In this document: one piece after another, positions 22,686 through 36,967 of the stretch
How positions within the stretch are numbered: the stretch's first letter is position 1
Layout of the letters: the number at the start of each line of letters is the position of its first letter
Source of the DNA: Arenicellales bacterium
Lineage (GTDB): Bacteria > Pseudomonadota > Gammaproteobacteria > Arenicellales > Poriferihabitantaceae
Direction of reading: 5' to 3'
Assembly (NCBI GenBank): GCA_963665165.1
Contig: OY761989.1
Coordinates: 350,417-414,416 of the forward strand
DNA: 64,000 nt
Position numbers and translations under genes: made by a program
Notes under the pieces: generated by a model
Told to the model about the DNA's origin: nothing
Database searches by the model: none
Seen by the model: only the letters and a program-made list of their open reading frames with translations

Positions 22686-23108
22686 TCAGTTCCGGAGTTT
22701 CTTCAGTTTGTCTATGGCGCGGATCTGGGCCGCGTAGGCCGCCAGTTCCGCTTTCATCTCCGCGTAACTGTGGTCATCCATCGGCGTTTCCTTCAGTTTG
22801 TCTTCCGCCCTTTTCATCGCTTCCTGGGCGGCAGACTCATCCAGGTCATCCGCCCGCATTGCGGTATCCGACAATACCGTGACCAGATACGGCTGGACTT
22901 CGAGAAGCCCGCCGGTAATAAAGAAAAACAGTTGCTCGCCGCTTTCCTGCTCAACCCGGACATCGCCGGCCTTGAGCCGGGTAATCAATGGAGCGTGCTT
23001 CGGCGCAATGCCCAGTTCACCCTGGGTCCCCGGAACAAACACCATTGTGCCCTGGCCGTCCCAGATCGGTTGTTCAGCGCTGACGATTTCAACTTGTATG
23101 GTAGACAT
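22686..23108 (-). CDS. atpC: ATP synthase F1 epsilon
   Basis: EIVSAE, GELGIAPKHAPLIT, GGLLEVQP. Confidence 0.97.
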   Translation of the reverse strand: MSTIQVEIVSAEQPIWDGQGTMVFVPGTQGELGIAPKHAPLITRLKAGDVRVEQESGEQLFFFITGGLLEVQPYLVTVLSDTAMRADDLDESAAQEAMKRAEDKLKETPMDDHSYAEMKAELAAYAAQIRAIDKLKKLRN

Positions 23109-23123
23109 TGATTTTACCCGGCT

Positions 23124-24542
<1,419 letters not shown>

Positions 24543-24593
24543 TTAATATTTCAATTTCTCGTGCTTGCGTGTCCTGAATCACCCGGTCCGTGG

Positions 24594-25457
24594 TCAGACC
24601 GCTGCCGCACCACCCACAATTTCCGACAGCTCCTGGGTGATCGCCGCCTGTCTGGCCTTGTTATAGACCAATTGCAAATCATCAATCAGGTTACCTGCAT
24701 TATCCGTGGCCGCTTTCATCGCCACCATTCTCGCCGCCTGTTCGCAAGCGGAATTTTCTGCCACGGACTGATAAACGAGCGACTCGACATAACGTGACAT
24801 CAGAAAATCAATCACTTCTTTTGAGTCCGGTTCGTAAATATAATCCCAGTAATGTTTCAGTTCCGGCTCTTCACTCGGCACGATCGGGATCAACTGCTCG
24901 ACCTGGGGAGACTGGGTCATGGTATTTACAAATTCATTGCTGACCACAAATACCCGGTCCACCTTGTGGTCCAGATAATCATCCATCAGCACCTTGGTGG
25001 CGCCAATCAGCGTGTGCAGTTCGGGCGCGTCGCCCAGGTCCGTAACTTCGCTGATCACTTCGGCGTTATACCGCCGGAAAAAGGCGCTGGCTTTTTTCCC
25101 GATCACGCAGACCCTGACCTGTACGCCGTCATCCTGCCATTGCGCCATCGCACCCGCCGCTTTGCGGAAAACATTGACGTTCAGGCCGCCGCATAACCCC
25201 CGGTCACTGGAGATGACGATAAAGCCGACCGCCTTGACTTCTTCGCGACTGAATACATAAGGGTGCATGTACTCAGGATGCGCGTTTGCCAGGTGGGAGA
25301 CGACCACGCGCATTTTATTCGCATACGGCCGCGCCGCGTTCATGCGGTTCTGGGCACGTCGCATCTTGCTCGCGGCAACCATTTCCATCGCCTTGGTAAT
25401 CTTGCGAGTGCTGCCGATACTCTTGATCTGGTTCCGTATTTCTTTAGTGCTTGGCAT
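24594..25457 (-). CDS. atpG: ATP synthase F1 gamma
   Basis: [27 protein letters not shown]. Confidence 0.98.
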   Translation of the reverse strand: MPSTKEIRNQIKSIGSTRKITKAMEMVAASKMRRAQNRMNAARPYANKMRVVVSHLANAHPEYMHPYVFSREEVKAVGFIVISSDRGLCGGLNVNVFRKAAGAMAQWQDDGVQVRVCVIGKKASAFFRRYNAEVISEVTDLGDAPELHTLIGATKVLMDDYLDHKVDRVFVVSNEFVNTMTQSPQVEQLIPIVPSEEPELKHYWDYIYEPDSKEVIDFLMSRYVESLVYQSVAENSACEQAARMVAMKAATDNAGNLIDDLQLVYNKARQAAITQELSEIVGGAAAV

Positions 25458-25495
25458 TACAAGCCCCCGTCAATGCTGCTGCCTGGATTACGAAA

Positions 25496-27043
25496 TCACC
25501 AACTGCCATTTTTCTTGAAATCCTCAACCGCGGCGCCCAGCCTGTCCCCGATTTCATCGGACCATGCCTTGTCCCGATTGATTTCCTCGATCAGGCCACC
25601 GTGATTCGATTGGACATAAGCCTGCATCGCATCCTCGAAAGCAACCACATCGCCAACGGCGACATCATCGAGATAGCCCTGGTTGACCGCATATAATGAA
25701 AGCGCCATTTCCGCGACCGACATTGGCATATACTGGGGCTGTTTCATCATTTCCATAACGCGCTCGCCCCGTTCCAGTTGCCTGCGCGTGGCTTCATCGA
25801 GATCTGACGCAAACTGGGAGAAGGCTTCAAGCTCACGATACTGCGCCAGCGCCAGTCGAATCCCCCCGCCCAGTTTCTTGATGATGCCGGTCTGGGCGGC
25901 GCCCCCCACCCGTGATACCGACAAGCCGGCGTTGATGGCCGGACGCATACCGGCGTTGAACAGGCCGGTTTCCAGAAAGATCTGTCCGTCGGTAATGGAG
26001 ATTACATTGGTCGGCACAAAAGCGGAAACATCGCCGGCCTGGGTTTCGATAATGGGTATCGCCGTCAGCGAGCCGGTTCGCCCCTTGACCGCTCCGCCGG
26101 TCAGTTTTTCCACTTCCTGCGCGTTGATTCGCGCGCCCCGTTCCAGCAACCGCGAGTGCAGGTAGAACACATCACCCGGATAGGCTTCCCGTCCCGGCGG
26201 GCGTCTCAACAACAGCGAAATCTGCCGGTAGGCCCAGGCCTGTTTGGTCAGGTCATCATAAATGATCAGGGCGTCCTCCCCCTTGTCACGGAAGTATTCG
26301 CCCATCGCGCAACCGGCGTAAGGCGCGATGAACTGCTCCGCGGCCGAATTGGACGCCGACGCGGCAACCACGATGGTATGCTCCATTGCGCCATGCTCTT
26401 CGAGCTTGCGTACGACACCGGCGATACTGGACGCCTTCTGGCCGATCGCAACATAGATACACTTCACATCGGTACCTTTCTGGTTGATGATGGCATCAAT
26501 GGTCACCGCTGTTTTGCCGGTCTGGCGGTCGCCGATGATCAGTTCGCGCTGCCCACGGCCAATCGGCACCATCGAATCAATCGACTTCAGGCCGATCTGT
26601 ACCGGCTGGTCAACCGACTGCCGGGCGATCACCCCGGGAGCAATCTTTTCAATCGGCGACGAGACCGTGTTTTCAATCGGTCCCTTGCCGTCAATCGGGG
26701 ACCCCAGTGAATCGACCACCCGCCCGAGCAAGGCCTCCCCGGTCGGAACCTCAAGTATCCGGCCGGTACATTTAACCGTATCGCCCTCACAAAGATGCTT
26801 GTAATCACCGAGCACCACCGCACCCACCGAATCCTGCTCCAGGTTCAGGGCGAGACCATAGGTATTTCCGGGAAATTCAAGCATCTCACCCTGCATCGCC
26901 TCGCTCAGACCATGGATCCGGGCAATACCGTCCGTCAACATGACAATCGTGCCTTCTGTACGCGCTTCGGTATCCGCTTCGAAGTTTTTGATTCGATCTT
27001 TAATCAGTTCGCTGATTTCAGACGGATTCAATTGGATGGACAT
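25496..27043 (-). CDS. atpA: ATP synthase F1 alpha
   Basis: [29 protein letters not shown]. Confidence 0.99.
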   Translation of the reverse strand: MSIQLNPSEISELIKDRIKNFEADTEARTEGTIVMLTDGIARIHGLSEAMQGEMLEFPGNTYGLALNLEQDSVGAVVLGDYKHLCEGDTVKCTGRILEVPTGEALLGRVVDSLGSPIDGKGPIENTVSSPIEKIAPGVIARQSVDQPVQIGLKSIDSMVPIGRGQRELIIGDRQTGKTAVTIDAIINQKGTDVKCIYVAIGQKASSIAGVVRKLEEHGAMEHTIVVAASASNSAAEQFIAPYAGCAMGEYFRDKGEDALIIYDDLTKQAWAYRQISLLLRRPPGREAYPGDVFYLHSRLLERGARINAQEVEKLTGGAVKGRTGSLTAIPIIETQAGDVSAFVPTNVISITDGQIFLETGLFNAGMRPAINAGLSVSRVGGAAQTGIIKKLGGGIRLALAQYRELEAFSQFASDLDEATRRQLERGERVMEMMKQPQYMPMSVAEMALSLYAVNQGYLDDVAVGDVVAFEDAMQAYVQSNHGGLIEEINRDKAWSDEIGDRLGAAVEDFKKNGSW

Positions 27044-27091
27044 TTTGGATTTTCCTCTGTGTAAGGTGTTGCGGACCCGACCCGTAACGAA

Positions 27092-27628
27092 TCAGGCGCC
27101 CAGCGCACCCGCAAGTTGTTCAAGTTGTGCCTTGACCGAGCCGTCTATTACCCGGTCTCCGGCCCTGATCACGGCGCCGCCGATGAGTTCTTCATCGACT
27201 TCAAATTCAAGATTGACGCTGCGCCCCAGTTTTGACTGCAAGGCTTCCGCGAATTGTTTCTGCCGACTTTCGTCAAGCGGGGACGCGGTCGTCATTTGCG
27301 CCACGACCACCTTTTCAGCATCCGCCCTGCGCACCGCATACGCCTGTGCAATATCACGAATCGCATCGACCCGGTTATTCCTGACCAGCAACCGGACCAG
27401 GTTTTCCCCCTCCTGATCCAGTCGGTCGCCGCATACGTCGATGATCAGGGCAGACAGTCGCTCCGATGATATGCGGGGATCATGAGTCAAGCCAGCCATT
27501 ACAGGATCATCCGCCACCGCTGCCAGCAGCCTTATCCGGTCATCCCAGACAGACAACGCATCGCGTTCCAGGGCCAGTTCGAACAGGGCCTGGGCATAGG
27601 GTCTGGCAATATTACTTTGAGCAGGCAT
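27092..27628 (-). CDS. atpH: ATP synthase delta
   Basis: IARPYAQALF, LIGG...VIDGSV. Confidence 0.96.
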   Translation of the reverse strand: MPAQSNIARPYAQALFELALERDALSVWDDRIRLLAAVADDPVMAGLTHDPRISSERLSALIIDVCGDRLDQEGENLVRLLVRNNRVDAIRDIAQAYAVRRADAEKVVVAQMTTASPLDESRQKQFAEALQSKLGRSVNLEFEVDEELIGGAVIRAGDRVIDGSVKAQLEQLAGALGA

Positions 27629-27648
27629 GATCGGTTCCTGTTCGGGTA

Positions 27649-28119
27649 TTACAGCTTCGCGGCCAGATCGTCGAGTATGTCCGCATGGGCTTTCGCATCC
27701 ACTTCCCTGCCGAGAATTTTTTGCGCCCCGGCCACCGCAAGCTGGCTCACCTGGCCGCGCAGGACATCCCTGGCCTTGTTCAACTCGGTGTCAATCTCGG
27801 CCCTGGCGGCGTTCATGATGCGTTCGCTTTCCTGTCTGGCCGCGCCCCTGGCTTCATCGACCAGTTCAGAACCCCGTTTTTCCGCCTTGCCAATGATATC
27901 GTTAGCCTGGTTTTTGGCCTCCAGTATCACCTTTTCGGCTTCCTTGTGTCCTTCGGCTTCCGCCATCTGGCCTTTTTCAGCAGCGGCCAGACCATCGGCA
28001 ATCCGGGTTTTCCGTTCATTGAGCGCCCCCATGATCGGGGTCCAGACAAACTTCTTGCTAAACCAGACAAAGCCAATAAAAAACAATACCTGGAAAGCCA
28101 GTGTGAGATTCAGATTCAT
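27649..28119 (-). CDS. atpF: ATP synthase F0 b
   Basis: MNLNLTL, N-terminal [11 protein letters not shown] coiled coil. Confidence 0.96.
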   Translation of the reverse strand: MNLNLTLAFQVLFFIGFVWFSKKFVWTPIMGALNERKTRIADGLAAAEKGQMAEAEGHKEAEKVILEAKNQANDIIGKAEKRGSELVDEARGAARQESERIMNAARAEIDTELNKARDVLRGQVSQLAVAGAQKILGREVDAKAHADILDDLAAKL

Positions 28120-28184
28120 CCCGCTAAAGCCTCTGTTATCGCGTTAATAATCGTATTGCGTCAGGAACAAACACGACGCTTCGG

Positions 28185-29351
<1,167 letters not shown>

Positions 29352-29384
29352 TTAAAACGTTCGTGATTACCCGGAACCGGGTCT

Positions 29385-29870
29385 TCACCTCTCCTCGGGC
29401 CGGGTTCTTCGCCTGATCATGACCCCGGCGCCCGCTATTTGTACCATCCCATAACCAGTCACCACCCAGACCGGCTGAAATTCCAGGTGGATCAGCCCGA
29501 AAGCAATTCCACCACCGATTATCACCAGCTTGTACAGCAACCCGGCATAAATCGAACCGAGCGCTGCCCAGCCTGTCTGGCCGGCGCCCGAACCGAAACC
29601 ACGCATTACACTTCTGAAGCTCAGGATGGTACCGGCCATGGCCAGCAACGCCCCGTAAAATGTGCTCCCGAACCCGCCCCGAACCAGGGAAAACAGGGTT
29701 GCATCCTCAAATCCGGCCGTCACTGCCTGCCAGATTGCAACCACAAGCAACAGCAGAACCGTGGCAATACCCTGTAACACCAACACCTGTTTGAGCCCTT
29801 GCCGCAGAGTCTGTGCTTCACCCTTCACCATCGTGCGTTTGCGCGTCAATTCCGCACTGCGCGCTCTCAT
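29385..29870 (-). CDS. atpI: ATP synthase protein I
   Basis: 4-TM protein first in the atp operon; start may be ATG 29831. Confidence 0.7.
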   Translation of the reverse strand: MRARSAELTRKRTMVKGEAQTLRQGLKQVLVLQGIATVLLLLVVAIWQAVTAGFEDATLFSLVRGGFGSTFYGALLAMAGTILSFRSVMRGFGSGAGQTGWAALGSIYAGLLYKLVIIGGGIAFGLIHLEFQPVWVVTGYGMVQIAGAGVMIRRRTRPEER

Positions 29871-29908
29871 ACAGGAACCGGGACAGGCTGAGAAGCGGCA
29901 AGGTACGG

Positions 29909-29938
29909 ATTATAAAAGCATTCTCCCTAAAGGGTCAA
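29909..29938 (-). promoter_or_regulatory. Sigma70 promoter of the atp operon
   Basis: Minus strand TTGACC (29938-29933), 18 nt spacer, TATAAT (29914-29909). Confidence 0.65.
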
Positions 29939-29994
29939 CTTACAGCCAGAAATTGGAGACTGTATGTGGAAGTCTGAACGGATAAACCACGAAA

Positions 29995-31731
29995 TCATGT
30001 GTTTCCAAGTTCCGAAATCATTTCTTCGCGCATCCGGAATTTCTGCGGCTTGCCCGTAACAGTCATGGGCAGGGAATCCCTGAACCGAATATAACGCGGA
30101 ATCTTGTAGTGGGCGATCTGCCCGCTGCAAAAGTCCCTGACGTCCTCCCCGGTCAGTGAAACATCCTCTCTTGGAATGATCCAGGCACAAATTTCTTCAC
30201 CAAGATTTCTATCCGGCACACCAAACACCTGTACATCCAGAATATCCGGATGTCGATGCAGGAACTCCTCGATTTCCCTGGGGTAAACATTTTCGCCGCC
30301 GCGAATGACCATATCCTTGACCCGTCCGACAATGCTGCAATAGCCTTCCGCGTCAATCACCGCAAGATCCCCCGTATGCATCCAGCCATCCCGGTCAATC
30401 GCTTCCCGGGTCCGGGTCCCGTCCCCCCAGTAGCCGCGCATGACCGAGTATCCGCGGGTGCACAGCTCTCCTTTTTGATCCACGGTCAGCGTCTGTCCAT
30501 TTTCGTCAACCACCTTCGCCTCGACATGGGGATGAATCCGGCCCGTTGTGGAGACACGCCGGATGAAGGGGTCGCCGGGGTGGCTCTGGAACGACACCGG
30601 ACTTGTTTCCGTCATTCCATAAGCAATAGTCACTCCCCGCATGTGCATTTCCGTATTGACCCGCTTCATCAATTCCGCAGGACAGGGCGCTCCCGCCATA
30701 ATGCCGGTTCGCAACGATTCAAGATCGAAGCGGTCGAATTCCTCATGCTCAAGCATCGCCAGGAACATGGTGGGCACCCCATACATTGCGGTGCACCTTT
30801 CCTTCTGGACTGCCGCAAGCGTTGCGACCGGCTCAAAAGACGCCCCGGGGAAGACCATGGCCGCCCCCTTTGACATGCACCCCAGAGACCCCATAACCAT
30901 ACCGAAGCAGTGATACAGGGGTACCGGGATACAGAGTCGGTCCGTTTCACGAAAATTCATCCGCTCAACCGTGAACCGGCCATTATTCACAATGTTCGTG
31001 TGGGTCAGCGTGGCGCCCTTGGGCGCTCCCGTCGTACCGCTGGTAAATTGAATATTGATCGCGTCATCCGGGTCAAGAGAATCCGTGACTGGATCAAGCC
31101 GCCGATGCCATGCAGGCCCCGCCAGAGTCATTACCTCATCGTAGTTGTACATTCCCGGCGTTGATTCGTTGTCCATGCGTATGATGATTCGCAAATGCGG
31201 CAAGGTTTCCGATTCCAGTTTGCCGGGTTCCGAGCCATCCAGTTCAGGCGCGAGTGAGCGCATCATTTCCACGTAATTGCTCGACTTGAAACTCGGGGCT
31301 ATCACGATGGCTTTGCACTCCACCTTGTTGAGCGCGTACTTCACCTCCGCCAGACGGTATGCCGGGTTGATGTTTACCAGAATAATGCCGACACGAGCCG
31401 TGGCATATTGCAATACAATCCATTCCACGCGATTGGGCGACCAGATTCCGGCACGGTCCCCCGTTCCAAGACCGAGCGCCAGCAAACCCGCGGCGAACGA
31501 GTCCGCCTTCTCCGCCAATTCCCGGTAAGTCCAGCGAATATTCTGCCCGGCGACGACAAGCGCTTCCCGCGACCCGAACCGGGCTACCGTTTCAGCAAGC
31601 AATGCCGGAATTGTTTTTTTCCACAGCCCGGGAACACTCTCGCCAATCACATGTGAAAGCCCGTTTTTCGGCCTCAACGAAAACGAATCGCTCTCAAGCG
31701 GCGGTATCGGTTCGCTGAAATCAACAGTCAT
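29995..31731 (-). CDS. AMP-binding acyl-CoA synthetase
   Basis: [43 protein letters not shown]. Confidence 0.92.
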   Translation of the reverse strand: MTVDFSEPIPPLESDSFSLRPKNGLSHVIGESVPGLWKKTIPALLAETVARFGSREALVVAGQNIRWTYRELAEKADSFAAGLLALGLGTGDRAGIWSPNRVEWIVLQYATARVGIILVNINPAYRLAEVKYALNKVECKAIVIAPSFKSSNYVEMMRSLAPELDGSEPGKLESETLPHLRIIIRMDNESTPGMYNYDEVMTLAGPAWHRRLDPVTDSLDPDDAINIQFTSGTTGAPKGATLTHTNIVNNGRFTVERMNFRETDRLCIPVPLYHCFGMVMGSLGCMSKGAAMVFPGASFEPVATLAAVQKERCTAMYGVPTMFLAMLEHEEFDRFDLESLRTGIMAGAPCPAELMKRVNTEMHMRGVTIAYGMTETSPVSFQSHPGDPFIRRVSTTGRIHPHVEAKVVDENGQTLTVDQKGELCTRGYSVMRGYWGDGTRTREAIDRDGWMHTGDLAVIDAEGYCSIVGRVKDMVIRGGENVYPREIEEFLHRHPDILDVQVFGVPDRNLGEEICAWIIPREDVSLTGEDVRDFCSGQIAHYKIPRYIRFRDSLPMTVTGKPQKFRMREEMISELGNT

Positions 31732-31766
31732 TCAAAAGACTCACCGGGTTATTCCAGTCTTTCCCG

Positions 31767-32681
31767 CTATTTTATTTTTCCCAGAATGCCGTCCAGTTCA
31801 TCCAGGGAATGGTAGTGGATCACCAGTTTGCCTTTCTTCGCGCTGTGCCGTATATCGACTTTCGCGCCCAGTCTTTTCGACAGGTCTTCTTCAAGCAGCC
31901 TGAGGTCAGAGGCGGCCTGCTCTACTTCGGCATCCTCGTGAACCACTGGCCGGTTGATTGATTTTACCAACTGCTCGGTTTGACGGACTGAAAGTTTTTT
32001 GTCCGCCACGACTCTGGCGGCGCGGGGCTGGTCCGCTTCCGCCAGCCCGAGCAGGGCGCGGGCGTGACCCATGTCGAGTCGTCCCTCTTCCAGCATCTTT
32101 TGCACATCCGGGTGCAGTGACAGCAGCCGCAGCAAATTGGTGATCGTGGCGCGCGAACATCCGACCGCGTCGGAGGCCTCCTGATGAGTCAGTCCGAACT
32201 CGTCAAGCAGGCGGTGGTAACCCCTGGCCTGCTCAACCGCGTTCAGGTTTTCCCGCTGTATGTTTTCGATCAGCCCTACCGCCATTGCGGTTCGGTCTTC
32301 AACCTCACGAATCACGGCGGGCACCGTCTGCAACCCGGCCAACTGGGCGCCGCGCCAGCGGCGTTCCCCCGCAATAATTTCATAGCGGTCTTTCCCTTTC
32401 GGCCTGACCAGCAGCGGCTGCAGCACACCCTGCGACCGGATGGAGTTGCCCAATTCCACCAGGGCCTCCTTGTCCATTCGAACTCTGGGCTGGTATTCGC
32501 CACGATGTAATTGTTCTATCGGAATTTCGCGAAACCCGGTTCGGGCCCCGTAGGTTCCGGCCGTCGTGTCATCCCTGCCACTGGGGCCGGTTGCGGCGGC
32601 GGGCTGCCGGTCGGCCACCGACTGCATATCCCCGAGCAATGCCCCGAGACCCCGCCCCAGCCTGGTTTTTTTCTTCACCAT
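31767..32681 (-). CDS. parB: Chromosome partitioning protein ParB
   Basis: LGRGLGALL ParA-interaction motif, YQPR, IIAGERRWR, ENIQRENL, HTH, GHARALL. Confidence 0.96.
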   Translation of the reverse strand: MVKKKTRLGRGLGALLGDMQSVADRQPAAATGPSGRDDTTAGTYGARTGFREIPIEQLHRGEYQPRVRMDKEALVELGNSIRSQGVLQPLLVRPKGKDRYEIIAGERRWRGAQLAGLQTVPAVIREVEDRTAMAVGLIENIQRENLNAVEQARGYHRLLDEFGLTHQEASDAVGCSRATITNLLRLLSLHPDVQKMLEEGRLDMGHARALLGLAEADQPRAARVVADKKLSVRQTEQLVKSINRPVVHEDAEVEQAASDLRLLEEDLSKRLGAKVDIRHSAKKGKLVIHYHSLDELDGILGKIK

Positions 32682-32715
32682 GGGTCGTCCACTGTGGCCG
32701 CTGCCAACATCCGCG

Positions 32716-33495
32716 TCACCCCGCCGGCGCCGGAACCGCCCCGCGCCTCAACAATTCACACGCCAGCGCCGTATAGGCCCGCGCCCCGGCGCAGTTGCGG
32801 TCATATTCCAGCACCGGTTTACCGTGGCTCGGGGCCTCCGCCAGGCGCACATTCCGGGGAATGATCGTGCGGAACAGCTTTTCGGGGAAATGTTCGGCCA
32901 GTTGCTCCGAGACTTCGACACCCAGGTTGTTGCGACCATCATACATGGTGCGGAACAACCCCAGGATTTCCAGCCCGGGATTCAGTCTGCGCTTGACCAG
33001 CGCAATGGTCTCGACCAGACTGGTCAACCCTTCCAGCGCATAGTATTCACATTGCACCGGTATCAGCGCCTCGCCAGCCGCGGTCAATGAGTTGACCGTC
33101 AGGACATTCAACGCAGGCGCACAATCGATCAGCACCACGTCAAAATTCCGGGCGGTGGCGGCCAGCGCGTTTTTCAACCGATGGTCGCGTTGTTCATGCC
33201 GCATCAGTTCGACCTGGACACCCGACAGATCCGGATGGGACGGCAGGACGCTGAACCCGTAATCGGTAACGACCAGCGCGTCATTAATATCACATTCATC
33301 CACCAGGACTTCGTAGACACTGTTTTCCATTTCCCGCATGGCCACCCCGCACCCCACCGTTGCATTCCCCTGCGGGTCCATGTCAACCAGCAGTACACGG
33401 CTCTGTGCATAGCTGAGTGAAGACGCCAGATTGATTGCAGTCGTGGTTTTACCCACCCCTCCTTTCTGGTTTGTGATGGCGATGATTCGGGTCAA
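32716..33495 (-). CDS. parA: Chromosome partitioning ATPase ParA/Soj
   Basis: NQKGGVGKTT deviant Walker A, DPQGN, QCEYYALEG, IPRNVRLAEAPS. Confidence 0.96.
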   Translation of the reverse strand: MTRIIAITNQKGGVGKTTTAINLASSLSYAQSRVLLVDMDPQGNATVGCGVAMREMENSVYEVLVDECDINDALVVTDYGFSVLPSHPDLSGVQVELMRHEQRDHRLKNALAATARNFDVVLIDCAPALNVLTVNSLTAAGEALIPVQCEYYALEGLTSLVETIALVKRRLNPGLEILGLFRTMYDGRNNLGVEVSEQLAEHFPEKLFRTIIPRNVRLAEAPSHGKPVLEYDRNCAGARAYTALACELLRRGAVPAPAG

Positions 33496-33496
33496 T

Positions 33497-34135
33497 TTAA
33501 AATTCGACTATGACAATATGCCTCTGGGCGTTCAACCAGGGTATATCGATTTTTTCAACCGTAACGCGCGTTCTGACTTCTGCGGGCAATTCCGCAATCT
33601 CCCCTTCCGGGTATTTCCCCTTGAATGCAAGCAGACGAGCCCCCCGGGACCGGCACCGCCCGGTCAGTTCCACAAGCCTCGCCAGCGACGAGAATGCGCG
33701 TGCCGCAAGCGTATCAAATTTTTGTTGCGGCCGATAATCCTCCACCCGACTTTTTTGCAGTGATATATTGTCCAGTTCCAGGCTCTGGCAGGCATACCGG
33801 AGGAATTCGATCCGCTTTCCCCGACTGTCCAGCAAGGTAAGCTCGGTGTCCGGGTCAACAATAGCCAGGGGAATACCGGGAAATCCGGCGCCGGAGCCAA
33901 TATCGAGTATCCTGCTCCCCCTTATCCAGGGCATGACTCCCAGGGAATCCAGGACGTGATGGACAACCATGTCGCCGCGATTCGTGATCGCAGTCAGATT
34001 CAGGCGCCGGTTCCATTTTTCGACCAGGTCAATATGGTCCAGCAACTGTTGCCGCTGCGCCTTGCTGACCTGGATGTTCATTTGCCGGCATCCTTCATCC
34101 AGTTTTTCCTGCAATTCTTCCGGCGCGGCTTTCAC
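33497..34135 (-). CDS. rsmG: 16S rRNA G527 methyltransferase (GidB)
   Basis: KWNRRLNLTAI, HVLDSL, DIGSGAGFPG, ARAF. Confidence 0.96.
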   Translation of the reverse strand: MKAAPEELQEKLDEGCRQMNIQVSKAQRQQLLDHIDLVEKWNRRLNLTAITNRGDMVVHHVLDSLGVMPWIRGSRILDIGSGAGFPGIPLAIVDPDTELTLLDSRGKRIEFLRYACQSLELDNISLQKSRVEDYRPQQKFDTLAARAFSSLARLVELTGRCRSRGARLLAFKGKYPEGEIAELPAEVRTRVTVEKIDIPWLNAQRHIVIVEF

Positions 34136-34157
34136 GGCATGTTCCTGGCAGGGGAAA

Positions 34158-34922
34158 CTACCGACCCGATTTTATTGGATCCGCTTTCGGTTGTTCGATA
34201 CTGAGAGCCGACAGCTGCTCAATCGCCATTTGGTGAAAAAGGCGATCATGCGCATCCCTGGACGGCATTCCGACCGCCTGCTCAAGCAGCTCACGCGCCT
34301 GGTCGCGGTTCGCGTTTTCGTTCAGCAGCAACAGACCCAAAGCATATTGGACATACATTACCTTTTCCCCGGGCGCCAGCCGGATTGCTTTCTTGTAGTG
34401 CGTCAGCGCGTCCTTCCTTGAAGCGCCGTACAGCGCCCTGGCCATAAATCCCCCCGTGTTGATCGCTTCCGCATGCCAGGTGGCCAGGCTTACGTGGGCT
34501 TCTGCAATTTCCGGGTCCAACCGAAGCGCATTCTCAAGGGCGCTACGCACCCTTTTCGGATACCCTGTACCAGCCGCTTCAAGCATTCCGATCGTCTGCG
34601 CGTATCGGCCCAGCGCATGCGCCAGTTGAATCCAGGCATCCGGATTGTCCGCATCCCGCCGGGTCGCCTCTTCCGCCAGCAGCGCAGCACGATCAAACAA
34701 GGCCGGCTTGCGGTCGCCATCGGCGATGTGGTAGCCGAAGATCGCCAGGGATTTGGCCGCCAGCGCAAATCCTGCGGAGGTTTTGAGGGCTTCCGCGAGT
34801 TCGGCCGCCTCGGTGAAGCGCCCTTCCGCGTATGCCGTGCGGGCCGTCTCGATTGACTGGTCACTTATGGCGCTGGCCGTGACTGCCAGGCAGACCAGGA
34901 ATGTGAGTCCTCTAATGTTCAT
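34158..34922 (-). CDS. Secreted helical-repeat (TPR-like) hypothetical protein
   Basis: Signal peptide MNIRGLTFLVCLAVTASA; repeated A..LDP...A TPR-like helices; start uncertain. Confidence 0.6.
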   Translation of the reverse strand: MNIRGLTFLVCLAVTASAISDQSIETARTAYAEGRFTEAAELAEALKTSAGFALAAKSLAIFGYHIADGDRKPALFDRAALLAEEATRRDADNPDAWIQLAHALGRYAQTIGMLEAAGTGYPKRVRSALENALRLDPEIAEAHVSLATWHAEAINTGGFMARALYGASRKDALTHYKKAIRLAPGEKVMYVQYALGLLLLNENANRDQARELLEQAVGMPSRDAHDRLFHQMAIEQLSALSIEQPKADPIKSGR

Positions 34923-34988
34923 CCGCACCGTTGGAACCTTTGACATCCGGAGGAAAATACGCGGTTCCAAAGGCCGGGAATCCTGGTC

Positions 34989-36593
34989 CTATCCCAGCTT
35001 CGGGCCGGCCGTTGCCAAGGCTTTCCCTTCATCGGTGTCTTCGTATTTTTTGAAGTTTTCGATAAACAGGGTGGCCAGCGACCTTGCCCTTCTGTCCCAC
35101 TCGGCCGGGTCGGCATAGGTGTTCCTGGGGTCCAGAATATTGTTGTCAACCCCTTCCAGAACAACCGGCACCGACAAATTGAAAAACGGTATCGTGGTGA
35201 AGGCGGCTTTCTCCATTCCGCCATTCAAAATCGCGTGGATGATCGCCCGGGTGGCCTGTATGGAAATTCGTCTGCCGCTCCCGTTCCAGCCCGTATTGAC
35301 CAGATACGCACGGGCATTCACCGCCTCCATTTTCCTGGCCAGCTCCCGGGCATACCGGGTTGGATGCAGACTCAAAAACGCGGCGCCAAAACAGGCGGAG
35401 AAAGTCGGTGTCGGTTTATCCACGCCTCTTTCCGTACCGGCCAGCTTGGCGGTAAAGCCAGACAGGAAATGATACTTGGTCTGCTCCGCGGTTAATCTCG
35501 ATACTGGCGGCAACACGCCAAAAGCATCCGCCGACAGAAAAATGATCCGGCTCGCGTGTCCTCCCTTCGAAACCGGTTTGACAATATTGTCTATATGGTG
35601 GATCGGATAGGAAACCCGGGTATTCTGGGTCTTTGAATCATCCTCAAAATCAATCTCGCCATTCGGAAGAACCGTCACATTTTCAAGCAGCGCGTCCCGG
35701 CGCACGGCATGGTAGATATCGGGTTCGGACTCTGCGTTCAGCCCGATGGTCTTGGCATAGCAACCCCCTTCGAAATTGAAAACACCGTCATCATCCCAGC
35801 CATGTTCATCATCACCGATCAGTTTCCGCCGGGGGTCGGTGGACAAGGTGGTTTTACCCGTCCCCGACAATCCGAAAAAGATGGCTGTTTCGCCTTCATC
35901 GGAGACATTGGCGGAACAATGCATCGACGCCATACCACGCAGGGGAAGCAGGTAGTTCATGATCGAAAACAGCCCTTTTTTCATTTCGCCTCCATACCAG
36001 GTGCCGCCAATGACCTGCATCTTTTCAGTCAGGTTGAACGCGATAAAATTTTCCGAGTTCAGCCCCATTTCCCGCCAGTGCGGATTGGTCGCCCTGGCGC
36101 CATTCAGCACAACGAAATCGGGTGCAAAGTTCTCAAGCTCGGCCGGTTCCGGCCGGATAAACATGTTTTTTACAAAATGCGCCTGCCAGGCCACCTCCAT
36201 GACAAACCGGACCGCGAGGCGGCTGCCTGGATTCGCCCCGCAAAAGGCATCCACAACGAACAATCGTTTGCCTGACAACTGGCCGGCGACCCTGCTTTTG
36301 AGAATTTCCCAATTCTCCTGCGACAGGGGTTTGTTGTCATTCTCTCCCTGGTCGGCCCACCAGAAAGTATCCCGTGTCACATCATCGCGCACAATATACT
36401 TGTCCCGGGGCGACCGTCCCGTAAAAATTCCGGTATCGACGGATACGGCGCCGCTTGCGGTGAGCCGGCCTCTTTCATAGCCGTTCAGGTCTGGCCGGGT
36501 TTCTTCTTCGAAGAGCGTCCGGTAATCCGGATTGCAGATGATTTCCGTAGCGTTTTCTATGCCGTATTTCAGTAAATCTGCCTGTATTGTCAT
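34989..36593 (-). CDS. pckA: Phosphoenolpyruvate carboxykinase (ATP)
   Basis: [45 protein letters not shown]. Confidence 0.98.
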   Translation of the reverse strand: MTIQADLLKYGIENATEIICNPDYRTLFEEETRPDLNGYERGRLTASGAVSVDTGIFTGRSPRDKYIVRDDVTRDTFWWADQGENDNKPLSQENWEILKSRVAGQLSGKRLFVVDAFCGANPGSRLAVRFVMEVAWQAHFVKNMFIRPEPAELENFAPDFVVLNGARATNPHWREMGLNSENFIAFNLTEKMQVIGGTWYGGEMKKGLFSIMNYLLPLRGMASMHCSANVSDEGETAIFFGLSGTGKTTLSTDPRRKLIGDDEHGWDDDGVFNFEGGCYAKTIGLNAESEPDIYHAVRRDALLENVTVLPNGEIDFEDDSKTQNTRVSYPIHHIDNIVKPVSKGGHASRIIFLSADAFGVLPPVSRLTAEQTKYHFLSGFTAKLAGTERGVDKPTPTFSACFGAAFLSLHPTRYARELARKMEAVNARAYLVNTGWNGSGRRISIQATRAIIHAILNGGMEKAAFTTIPFFNLSVPVVLEGVDNNILDPRNTYADPAEWDRRARSLATLFIENFKKYEDTDEGKALATAGPKLG

Positions 36594-36802
36594 TATGATC
36601 GGAGGGCGTGTACAAACTGGTGATTCTAATGGTTTTTATAAACTAATTCTAATAACCCGTCCGGACGGCCTCCCCCAAAGGCCGGTGACGCGGGCAGTTG
36701 TCAATTTCCGATTCTCCGGTAAAATGCCCCACTTCGCCAGTAATAGCGCTATTGGCTGGTTCCAGGCTGTTACTTTTTCATTACTGTTTCCGGAAATCAT
36801 AA

Positions 36803-36967
36803 ATGAGCGAATGCCCTGTATGCGGTGGAGAAATTACCCTGGCGGACGATGTCGTCACGGGTGAATTGCTTGAATGCGGTGATTGCGGGTCGGAGCTCGA
36901 AGTCACCTCGCTGGACCCGGTAGAGCTTGAAGAGGCTCCCGAGGCAGAAGAAGATTGGGGTCAATAA
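36803..36967 (+). CDS. lysW: Amino-group carrier protein LysW (54 aa, absent from the ORF track), C-terminus EDWGQ
   Basis: Hand translation: [54 protein letters not shown]; two CxxC zinc-ribbon motifs, highly acidic, first gene of a lysXYZJ operon. Confidence 0.95.
   Translation: MSECPVCGGEITLADDVVTGELLECGDCGSELEVTSLDPVELEEAPEAEEDWGQ

Noticed and set aside
36594..36802. Possible lysine riboswitch or ARG box upstream of lysW
   Set aside because: Only a short GGCCT/AGGCC hairpin and an AT-rich tract; no consensus elements recognised
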